In this document: one piece after another, positions 26,405 through 36,092 of the stretch
Numbering within the stretch: position 1 is the first letter of the stretch
Layout of the letters: every line of letters starts with the position of its first letter
From: Octopus sinensis
Taxonomy: Eukaryota
Direction: 5' to 3'
Assembly: GCF_006345805.1 (NCBI RefSeq)
Contig: NC_042999.1
Span: 144,894,001 to 144,958,000, forward strand
Length of the DNA: 64,000 nt
Program-made: the position numbers and the translations under genes
The notes under the pieces: model-generated
The model's input: only the letters and a program-made list of their open reading frames with translations
What the model was told of the DNA's origin: nothing
The model's database searches: none

Positions 26405-29400
26405 GTAAGTACAATTGTTTAATGTAAGCGTTTAACTTAACCGACGTGATTTATGAGATCATTGCTAAAATATCTTGTAAGTGGCAAACGGGAGCTGACT
26501 TTACTGTACTCTTTGAGTACAGTTGTTTCGTGCAGTGAAATCCCATTCCACCATGTCGGAAATAAATCTTGTCCCCTGACTGATAAAGTCGGGTGAGGAC
26601 TTGAACAAAGTATATTCCATAACTTCTCATAGTCTCTTTGACTATTACTGGGGAGTTAGACCATACTCGGTACAGTCTTATCAAGTGTTGTCGGTTTAAG
26701 ACTGTATAGAGATCAGTATTTTAAAGTGTCTTCATTTTCTTTCAGCAATTGCTTAATGAATATCCCAAATGCTTCATCGTCAATGCAGACAATGTTGGCT
26801 CCAGGCAGATGCAGACCATCCGTATGTCACTCAGGGGCTATGCAGGTGAGAAAATTTTAAATAGTTTAATTTGTTTTTTCGTTCGCGTCTCAACCACATG
26901 CTTTGGGTTCAATTTCATGGGTTGCAACATGGGTAAAGTTGAAAGTTGTGTGCGTGTGTTGTGTACTATGACTTCGCGTGATAGTCGGTGTCACAAATAA
27001 TTGTCATTCGTTTCCAATCTTTCATCGAAACTCATCTTCTTGGTCAGGGACAAATATCTTGTTTGGAAACGCGTGTGGTTTGGTGACTAGAAGAATGTTA
27101 ATTGTCAGAGAATTTTATTCAATCTAGAAGGAAAAATGAACGTTAAATTGGATATAAATTTTCAGGTGTGATGATGAAGTAACTGCTATTAAGTGTTCAG
27201 CTTTTGGCACTAGTAACCGAAAGGTTGAACCCACTAGTGTTTGCTGGGCGCTATGACAAAATGTAGCCAAGAATGGCTGTCTGAACACCCTATTCTTAAT
27301 ACTAAGAACTTCAGCATGCTTTTGATATTACTATACTAATTTGAAGAAAATTACTATACTAATTTTCTTTTCATCACATTCAGTTGTCCTCATGGGTAAA
27401 AACACAATGATGAGGAAGGCCATAAGAGGTCATTTGGAGCACAATGCAGCCCTTGAAAGGTAAGTTCGAGATTTTTTCCACTAAAATGCATATTGCCAGT
27501 TTCGATTTCGATGTTGCTTGGGTTATTCTTGATCAGAAGCAATCTTGAACTGGTATAATAATCCGGTCACTTTTTTGCCTTGTAGTTCTTTGATACTGGA
27601 CACTACAACTTCCCCTTAAGTGATACAATTTTTAATTCTAAAATTTTCACCTTGTGTTCTATAAGGACGTGTCAATTAAATAATGGTATCTTTGATCATG
27701 CAGAAAATAAAGATTTACTTGCAACTATTGCATGAAGTTTTAAATGCAGATGCTGCTAAATTTGCAACCAGTGTGGGTTCAGACCGTCATTTTTTTTCTA
27801 TTATAGCCTTGGACCACTCAAAGCCTTGAGACTGGAAAGACTAGTCATGGTGTTTCATGCCTGTAAATGTCACTTATGCTAGCAGTGACCATTTCCAATC
27901 TCTTGTGAAAATTCATCTTAGCTATGGGGAAATAAGTGAAGGCTGGTGAATGGCAGGATGGCTGTAGAAGATCCATCTGTAATTCTGTTCTACCCATTCC
28001 TCAATGGGAAGGTGGTCTTGCTCATCCCCCACCTAACAACCAATAAAAAGCTGGATATAAGTACTGAAGTCAATTTTGTTAAAATCAAAATCGTAATCTA
28101 TAAACATCAATAGAATTTGTAGCTCTGATACCAGTGCCGGTGGCATGTAAGAGGACCATCCGAACGTGGCTGTAGCCAGCCTCGTCTGGCACCACCTGTG
28201 CCGGTGGCACGTAAAAAGCACCCACTACACTCACGGAGTGGTTGGCGTTAGGAAGGGCATCCAGCTGTAGAAACATTGCCAGATCAGACTGGGTCTTGTG
28301 CAGCCTTCTGGCTTCCCAGACCCCAGTTGAACCGTCCAACCCACGCCAGCATGGAAAGCGGATGTTAAACGATGATAACTCCTGTGTTGCCCTAGCATGG
28401 CTGGAATATGAAATGAGTAAAAGATTTGCTTGATTATACAGTGTTGGTTGTAATGTGTTAAAATTTAGGTTATTAAACAAATACTTGTCTGTTGTAGGTT
28501 GCTACCACACATTAAGAACAATGTTGGTTTTGTGTTCACCAAGAATGACTTGGCTGATATCAGGGATAGATTGCTGAATAACAAAGTAAGTTGATTTTCA
28601 TTCCATCTAAACAGTGAAACTTTATTTTGATTGATTCTCATTCCCCTACTGATAAATTCATATTTATTTATAGGTAAAAGCTCCAGCTCGTGCTGGTGCT
28701 GTTGCTCCCTGTGATGTGTTGATACCTGCTCAAAATACAGCTCTTGGTCCTGAAAAGACTTCTTTCTTCCAAGCTTTGTCTATCCCAACAAAAATCTCCA
28801 GGGGTACTATTGAAATCTTGAATGATGTCCGTTTGATAAAGGAAGCTGATAAAGTTGGAGCTTCTGAGGCTACATTGCTAAACATGTTAAACATCTCACC
28901 ATTTTCATATGGTTTAGTTATTGAGCAAGGTAGGTTGTGTATAATTTATTTTGCAGCCCTCAAGAATGATGAAAAAAAGAATGACTTTCGCTCTACTGAA
29001 AACCATGTAGATTCTTTATCACTGACTTAAGGGCTTTATTTATTTAGTGTCTTGTCCGATTTATATTTAATTTTTTTGTTCATTCTTATACGGTTAATAT
29101 AAAGCGTTACGCCTTTCAGAAAATCAAAAAAAAATGTGTGTAGTAGGTGTAAAACAACTTCCTATGAACGAATATGAAAAAAAAAAAATGCCCGCACGCG
29201 AAAGGGGTGGGGGAGAGGCCACGGAAAATTCACATCGGGAAGTTCCGAAAGCGTCTGAGGGGCCTCCCCGGGCACCAAAAAAAAAATAGTGTAATATGTG
29301 TAAAACAACTTGCTCTAAACGAATAAAAATGCGCACTCGCGAAAGAGGGGTGGGGAGAGGCCTCGGAAAATTTATATCGGGAATTTCCGAAAGCGTCTGA

Positions 29401-30648
29401 ACCGGACACAAAAACAAAAACAGCGTAATAGGTGTAAATCAACTTGCTCTAAACGAATATGATTAAAAAAATGCGCGCTCGCGAAAGGGGGGTGTGGGAG
29501 AGGCTTCGGAAATTTCCCATCTTCAGTCCACAGCCTTTAAACTAAGAAAAAATAGTGTAATTGGTGTAAAACTACTTGTTCTAAACTAGTATCAAGAACA
29601 CACATGAATCATAAACTCCAGGGGTACTATTGAAATTTCCCATCTTCAGTCCACAGCCTTTAAACTAAGAAAAAATAGTGTAATTGGTGTAAAACTACTT
29701 GTTCTAAACTAGTATCAAGAACACACATGAATCATAAACTCCAGGGATACTATTGAAATCTTGAATGATGTCTGTTTGATAAAGGAAGCTGATAAAGTTG
29801 GAGCTTCTGAGGCTACATTGCTAAACATGTTAAACATCTCACCATTTTCATATGGTTTAGTTATTGAGCAAGGTAGGTTGCGTATAATTTATTTTGCAGC
29901 CCTCAAGAATGATGAAAAAAAGAATGACTTTCGCTCTACTGAAAACCATGTAGATTCTTTATCTCTGACTTAAGGGCTTTATTTATTAGTGTCTTGTCTG
30001 ATTTATATTTAATTTTTTTGTTTATTCTTATACTAGTGTTTTTATTCTTATACTAGTGTATGACTCTGGAACTGTTTTTGCACCTGGTGTCTTGGACATT
30101 ACTGATGATGATATCCGTAAGAAGTTCATGGCTGTAAGTACTTTTTTCATTTATAAACTCGTTGCAGAATGTTTAAAACTGCCTTCATCATGATATTCAA
30201 GTAATATATATATCTTCTTTGCAGGGTGTGACAAATGTTGCCAGCTTGTCTCTGGCTATTGGATATCCAACATTAGCTTCTATACCACATCTTCTTGTCA
30301 ATGGCTTCAAAAATCTGGTTGCTATATCTTTGGAAACAGATATTGAGTTTGAAGAAGCAAGAGAGGTATATTAGTTTTGAATTTTTTTTTTTTTTTTTTT
30401 CACTTGTTAAATCTGTCAATAATTACATCTGTGTTTTTATTGGATGAAACTATGAAAATGATTTGTATTTTCAGATCAAAGAGTTGTTATCAGATCCTGA
30501 AAAGATGGCAGCTGCTCTGGCAGCAAGTGCTGTTAGTACTGCTGCTGCAGCTCCTGCAGCTGCCTCTGCAGCAGAGGAAAAGAAGGAAGAAAAAGTGGAG
30601 TCTGAAGAAGAGTCTGACGAGGACATGGGTCTTGGCTTGTTTGATTAA
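26351..30648 (+). CDS. RPLP0: 60S acidic ribosomal protein P0 (uL10), 321 aa; coding exons 26351-26404, 26746-26845, 27384-27459, 28498-28585, 28674-28929, 30057-30133, 30225-30365, 30475-30648
   Basis: Spliced translation [122 protein letters not shown]/..GYPT.ASIPH..NGFKNL/..[13 protein letters not shown]. All introns GT-AG, phases consistent, 966 nt total; AATAAA at 30653. Confidence 0.97.
26441..26677 (+). ncRNA. SNORA73: Box H/ACA snoRNA U17/SNORA73, copy 3 (intron 2)
   Basis: Two substitutions versus copy 2, both stem-preserving; fills most of the 341-nt intron. Confidence 0.92.
26746..26845 (+). CDS. RPLP0: RPLP0 exon 3
   Basis: TTTCAG|[33 protein letters not shown]|GTGAG. Confidence 0.95.
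27165..27289 (+). ncRNA. SNORD22: Box C/D snoRNA U22/SNORD22 (intron 3)
   Basis: Terminal stem GGTGT/ACACC, box C ATGATGA 27171, box D CTGA 27281. Internal AACCGAAAGGTT hairpin followed by GAACCCACT..GCTGGG, matching the remembered U22 core AAAGGTGAACCCACTGG..GCTGGG. Ends CTGTCTGA; 125 nt. Confidence 0.82.
27384..27459 (+). CDS. RPLP0: RPLP0 exon 4
   Basis: [24 protein letters not shown]; AG/GT boundaries. Confidence 0.95.
27495..27630 (+). ncRNA. Box H/ACA guide snoRNA (intron 4), predicted 28S target
   Basis: Hairpin (GCCAGTT/AACTGGT), H box ATAATA at 27555, hairpin (TCACTT/AAGTGA lower stem, TTGTAGT/ACTACAA upper stem), ACA at 27625; 3' pocket TTTGCC / CTTCCC. Confidence 0.75.
28080..28376 (+). 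mobile_element. RTE 3'-tail-derived insertion in RPLP0 intron 4
   Basis: Matches the RTE 3' UTR at 38860-39330, ending GTTAAACGATGAT. Confidence 0.8.
28498..28585 (+). CDS. RPLP0: RPLP0 exon 5
   Basis: [29 protein letters not shown]. Confidence 0.95.
28674..28929 (+). CDS. RPLP0: RPLP0 exon 6
   Basis: [35 protein letters not shown]...[12 protein letters not shown]. Confidence 0.95.
28961..29030 (+). ncRNA. SNORD59: Box C/D snoRNA U59/SNORD59-like, copy 1 (intron 6)
   Basis: Box C ATGATGA 28966, guide AATGACTTTCGCTCTA + D' CTGA 28996, box D CTGA 29022, flanking stem AGCCCT/AGGGCT; remembered human U59 guide is AATGACTTTCGTTCTT-CTGA. Confidence 0.82.
29092..29738 (+). mobile_element. One arm of a foldback-type element with 130-150-bp subrepeats, inside RPLP0 intron 6
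   Basis: Repeating GTGTAAAACAACTT..GCGAAAGGGG..GAGAGGCCTCGGAAA..CCGAAAGCGTCTGA; same sequence as the arms at 32483-32893 and 33644-34030. Confidence 0.75.
29739..29872 (+). pseudogene. Duplicated 3' half of RPLP0 exon 6 (pseudo-exon) with intact donor
   Basis: Copy of 28796-28929 at offset 943, with a few substitutions (e.g. CGT>TGT), followed by GTAGG. Confidence 0.9.
29904..29973 (+). ncRNA. SNORD59: Box C/D snoRNA U59/SNORD59-like, copy 2
   Basis: Boxes C (29909), D' and D (29965) and the guide are identical to copy 1 apart from the base just before box D. Confidence 0.82.
30057..30133 (+). CDS. RPLP0: RPLP0 exon 7
   Basis: [26 protein letters not shown]. Confidence 0.93.
30225..30365 (+). 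CDS. RPLP0: RPLP0 exon 8
   Basis: [47 protein letters not shown]. Confidence 0.95.
30475..30648 (+). CDS. RPLP0: RPLP0 exon 9 (Ala-rich hinge, acidic tail)
   Basis: [31 protein letters not shown]. Confidence 0.95.
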   Translation: MKELLSDPEKMAAALAASAVSTAAAAPAAASAAEEKKEEKVESEEESDEDMGLGLFD

Positions 30649-31990
30649 AGATAATAAACATCACTTTCATCTTGGAATTGGGTTTTTGTTTTTCACATGG
30701 TTGATAGACTATTTTTTCTTCTAGTTTTCTTAGTGACTGAGATGCAACTGGGCAGTGGAAAATCATTTATTTAATTGGTGACTTGATGACCTGTATTAGT
30801 CTATGGGTTTCACAAGACAGTTCTTTGCTAATACTGCTTTGGAGTAGGAATGAGTGGAACTACTGTTGGAAAAACTAGCTTCTAAACTGCACACAAATAT
30901 TGAAATGCCTTCTTAGGTGATGGGCAGAAGTACAAGTCAAGGCAAGGTTTATGGAAGTCTAGCAGTTGCTCATGCATACTAGTTGTGCCATTGATGCCAT
31001 GCAAGGCAAAGGCTGATACATATTGATATTGCAAGAACATGATGCAGCATGGTCTGGAAATTGAATACCCACCTGGTCGTGAGACAGGCTCTTACACTGA
31101 GCCATGCACCCTCTCTGAACTGCACATTCATGACTATACACACTGCTTTTTATGTTATGGAAGTGCTGTTTGGGATTTTTCATAGGATTCCATAAACATT
31201 CTGCAATTTAAACTTCACATACTGTAATCTGGGGTGAATGGGGACAATTTTGAGGTTCAAATGCATGTCATTAAGCAACTGCAAATAGCATTTACTGATT
31301 TAGTTCATTGAAATTTTATCAAAATTCGTCGGTGCACCGTTTTTATAAAAAACCACTGACCCTATTCACCCTGTCAATTGGGGTGAATGGGGATAGTTGT
31401 CTACAACACACTATTGGACCTATTAAACTAGCTGCAGGGTGAATACAGATAAATAACTGGTAAAGAAAGTGGTATGATGTGAACAGATTATTGGCAGAAT
31501 AAACGAGATTTAGTTATTTTCAACATGAGACAAATGGCACTGTTCTTAATTATAGTTTCTGATTAAATCCATGTCTGGCAACTGATCTGAGATGGAATGT
31601 TGCTTACGATTTAAATCCAAATATATCTGCTGTTGATGATCAGTTGTTGGTATTGATACAGTTGTCATTCTCGTCTGTTTTGCCATTATCATTTGTCTCC
31701 ATATCCTCTCCAGAGTGTGTACCCTTATCAGCATCCTGTGGAACAGCTCGCGAAGTTTCCTCACTTTTACCAGGTTCTACTGTCACTTTTCATTCTTTTA
31801 AACTGTCTGAGAAATGACATCCCAAATTTACACAAGGCATATTCCCTTTGAATCTTTTCAAATCAACACCTAAGTATCCTTTAACAATCAGTCGCAAATC
31901 ACGAGTTCATTGGATAGCCCCAAGTGGCACACTATGAGCCTTTGTACAAGAAATCCCTCCCCAATGATAAAAGTCTGTTCACCATGTTAA

Positions 31991-32167
31991 CTCTTATTTT
32001 TTCAGTCATTTGACTGGGGGCATGCTGGAGCACCGCCTTTAGTCGAGCAAATGGACCCTAGTACTTATTCTATTGGTCTGTTTTGCCAAACTGCTAAGTT
32101 ACAGGGATCTAAACACCATCGGTTGTCAAGCAATGTTAGGGGAGACGTGTGTATGTATGTATGTATG

Positions 32168-32207
<40 letters not shown>

Positions 32208-32366
32208 TATATACGACGGGCTTTCAGTTTCCATCTACTAAATCCACTCAAGGCTTAGATTAGCCCGAGGCTATAAGTAGAAGACAGTTGCTCAAGGTGC
32301 CACGCAGTGAAACAGCCTGGCACTGGTTCGTAAGCATGCTACTTACCACACAGCTACTCCTATGCC
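31991..32366 (-). mobile_element. tRNA-derived SINE, near full length
   Basis: Head GGAGTAGCTGTGTGGTAAGTAGC, central (TA)/(CA) microsatellite, tail CAGTCAAATGACTGAAA. Confidence 0.85.
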
Positions 32367-32482
32367 ATCATATTTTTCCCCAACTTGATGTGCCAATAAA
32401 GAACACTTAGAAATTTTGAAGTCCTTCTGCTTTTCTGAGTGTCATTCTGCCACTCAGGATCTATTTTGGTGTATTTTTTTTC

Positions 32483-34030
32483 GGTTAAACAAAAAAAAAA
32501 AAATTTTTTGTAATAGGCGTAAAACAACTTCTAAACGTATATGAAAAAAAAAATGCGCGCACGCGAAAGGGGAGGAGAGGCCTCGGAAAATTCATATCAG
32601 GAATTTCCGAAAGCGTCTGACCCGGGCACAAAAACAAAAAGTGTGAAAGGTGTAAAACAACTTGCTCTAAACGAATATGATGAAAAAAAATGCGCGCTCG
32701 CGAAAGGGGTGGGGAGGGGGAGACGCCTCGGAAATTTCACATCTTCAGTCCACGGTCTTTAAACTTAGAAAAAAATAGTGTAATTGGTGTAAAACTAGTT
32801 CTAAACGATTATCAAGAACACGCTCACACATGAATCATAAACTCCGTATTTTTGTACGTATTTCGCAAAAGAAAGTTCTGGAAAAAGTGAAGAAATGTTG
32901 GATCTCCGCCGTATGAATCAAAATGCGTGACAGAATCTAACTATATATAAATCAATTGACAATGCTTATGGATTTGTCTTTCTCTTTGCTTAGTCGTTTT
33001 TACCGAATTTTATTTGGCCTGATTAAGTTTATAAGTATTTTCTCCATTTCAGATAAGCATCTGATGGGTATTTTACAGATTTACTAGCGTAGCAAGATTG
33101 TACTCAGTTGGCTACAATAGGTTATAACATACTGTATGATTGTATTAAGTTCCAGTAAAAATAATAAAATAAAAAGTAAGCAGATCATTTTTTTTAAAGA
33201 ATAATATAAATGTACGTTTGTAATGTACACTTTTAAAATTCTCGGGTATCTATCTATCAAACAAATATCAAGTGTTTTAAAATTTGTTCAGTGGAAAAAA
33301 CAGGTGAGATAAATTTGGTCGTTCCTCCCTAAGTCTAGAATAACAAAGTAATATTAATCATAATTTTCCAAAAAGCCTAACAATTTGCAAATGTTTAGCT
33401 CTAAGTGCAGAATATTTTCATTTCTATTACCAGCAGGTCATCTATTAGTTAACAGCAAGAAAAAGATTAACTGCGATATATGCATTTTCATTCGGAAGGA
33501 TTATAAATAAACCAATCAAAGAATGTTTCGCTTCACCTAAGTGTGTTTAACTGTATTTCTTGAAAAGATCTTGTAGAAAAACATGGTACTAACAAGTGAA
33601 ATTAAGTTACCTCATAAGGAATGTTTTCTTTAACTTTAAAATATCTTCACTTTTTCCAGAATTTTTTCTTTTTTTTTTTTTTTTTTTTTTGCGAAATACG
33701 GAGTTTATGATTCATGTGTGCTCTTGATAATCGTTTAGAACTAGTTTTACACCAATTACACTATTTTTTCTTAGTTTAAAGGCCATGGACTGAAGATGTG
33801 AAATTTCCGAGGCCTCACGAGCGCGCATTTTTTTCATATTTGTTTAGAGCAAGTTGTTTTACACCTATCACACTTTTTGTTTCTGTGCCCGGGTCAGACG
33901 CTTTCGGAAATTCCTGATGTGAATTTTCCGAGGCGTCTCCTCCACTCCCCTTTCGCGCATTTTTTTTTCATTCGTTTAGAGGAAGTTGTTTTACGCCTAT
34001 TACAAAAAATTTTTTTTGTTTTTTTGACTG
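32483..34030. mobile_element. Foldback-type element: about 400-bp inverted arms of tandem subrepeats flanking an AT-rich loop
   Basis: 32483-32893 is the reverse complement of 33644-34030. Confidence 0.8.
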
Positions 34031-36092
34031 GGTTTAACGCTTTAGTTTTCTTCCCAGGAACTGGTCTGCACTGTTGCAGCATGGTGTCCCTATTCACCCT
34101 TACAAAACACCAAAGTAGGAGTAAAAGCAGAAATAGGATAACAATGGATTTTCCAGGAAATCAGAGGTGCACTGTTTGGAAACCTGCTGCAAGAGACTGA
34201 GTGGGTTGGAGTACCCTTGCTGGTACAACCTCTCCTGCAGAAAGAAAGTTCTGACAACTTTACCTTTTTTGTGACAAAAATGAAACTGGGAATTCCGGTT
34301 GCCATGGCTACTGGCAGGGTGATAATATCAAAGTGATCTCATTGAATGAAAGGCATATGTACCTACAAAATAACTAGAAGAAACAGCACAATTTGAGTCT
34401 TCTCAAATTCATTGTTCTAAAATACTTTTTCCAGGTTATTGTCCCTATTCACCCTGGTAGAAAGGGGAAGTTGACAGTGAACTAGTCATGAAATTACAAA
34501 GCTGGTTGACAGATGAGCTTTACACAAAGCAATTTGGGCTTCTGGTTCTATTGCTGTTTACTTATGAAACCAGTATAAGCATAGGTAAATATTTAATATT
34601 TGGTTCGCTTTCTATTGAACTGGATCTAGTGTGACTAGTGGAAGTTAGGTGAGTGTAAATGGAAAGTTCAAAGTAGCTAAAAGCAGGAGTTAATTATTCT
34701 GAAGTTGCACTTGCTATGCATAATAATAAGTCATAACATGGATTACAATGGGAGAAAATTGCTCACCTACAAACTTTGCATTTATCCAAAATGTAAAGAA
34801 TTACTTAAAACTTTCCACACTGCAGCCCTTAAAATCTTGACCAATCCTCCATTGCTTTCACTTCTGAACAGTAATAGCTACATTTGGAATATTTCCACAA
34901 ACATAATATAACTATACAGTGAATTGCCAAAAATGTTCTTACATATTCATGCATCTTCAGTTTCATCAAACTCCCCAATACACTGTTCTGATCTGTGGCA
35001 TATCCCCCAAATGAACTATCAAGCAAACTATTGAGGAAAATAATTAACAACCATCTTGAATTTGTTGCTCATAATTTGTACGTTATCCCAACTATTTCTG
35101 ACCCTTATGTCTGTCCTACCCAGGTTCTAGCTAAACCTTCCCTTGAATATCAATCCTCTAGAATTTCTTTGCCTATTCCCCCCACCCCGTAACTTTCAGC
35201 TTTAAATCATGAACTATATTATCACTGGTTTTAGAGAGCTGGTAAGGAGCATAATCAAATCCCCCGCTTTTAGGTTAAAAAAAAACAAACCTAGTCAGTG
35301 CTTATTAATGCTATGCTTTTTAAAGTTACATCAAAGGTCAGTTTTATGTCACAGGGAATAAAATCGACCTTTAATTCATTACTTTAAAATTGGAGATTTA
35401 CACAATCAAAAAAAAATTTTTATTATTGCATATAGTGAACGGTAAGTACATTTCTGTAGTGTAATGCATTATTTTGTAATGACAAATCTCCACTGAATAT
35501 TTCCTTTATGAAATGAAGTTGTGGTTTTACAAAAGATGTCTGACTACCTAGTATTTCATAGAAACAGCCGCGTCAAATTAGAACTATGTGATCAGTAATT
35601 TGTGCACAACTTGCTTATCGTAGCTGTAATTGTTTTCAAGATAACGAAGTTATTTCCCTTCTGTTAACCGATTGAATTGTAGTCATAAGTGTCAAGTGTT
35701 TCCTCTTTCATTGTACCTGATAGTGGAAAGTAAAAGCTGGTGTAATCAAGTTGATTGTTCAGTGCTTTCCTGTCTCTGAACCGTTAATATACCTCACTCT
35801 ATAGTCTCTCTTTTAAGAATAAAATGTTTTTGTCACAATACTTACTTAAACATTTTTTCAACAAAGTGAGACTATTCTTACATTCTGAATACTTTTTATA
35901 TTTTTAAATTTCAGCTTCTTAGTCATGTTATGTCAGATAACATTTAGCAAACTGAAGACAATTGTTATCTGTAAATCTTTGACATTCTCGATTATGGTTT
36001 CTTTTTATTTTTTGGTTCTTACATAGTTCCTTAATGGGATTTTTACCTAAGGTAAAAGATCCCCTTAATGTTTCAGTTATATTTTATTAAAT

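Larger units (their letters stand above)
31221..34460 (-). mobile_element. Decayed pogo/Tigger-like DNA transposon interrupted by a SINE and a foldback element
   Basis: GGGGTGAATGGGGAC motifs at 31230/31380 and inverted GTCCCTATTCACCC at 34086/34441; minus-strand remnant ..WGYPM.TRDLRLIVKGYL..KRFKGNMP..SFL at about 31800-31950 resembles a CENP-B-type HTH. Confidence 0.5.

Noticed and set aside
24670-26684. Minus-strand ORFs 24670-24953 and 26451-26684 with similar translations (apparent small gene family)
   Set aside because: They are the antisense reading of the U17 snoRNA copies; variation preserves RNA stems, not codons.
29140-29740. Regularly spaced repeats resembling a CRISPR array
   Set aside because: The whole 130-150-bp unit repeats with no unique spacers, the context is eukaryotic, and there are no cas genes; it is a foldback arm.
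29761-29973. Second RPLP0-like ORF as a paralogue or mutually exclusive exon
   Set aside because: Only the 3' half of exon 6, with no frame-compatible acceptor; the ORF tail is intron/snoRNA sequence.
34700-35200. Short ORFs 34829-35050 and 34995-35192 as exons of a host gene
   Set aside because: No recognisable motif or consistent splice sites.
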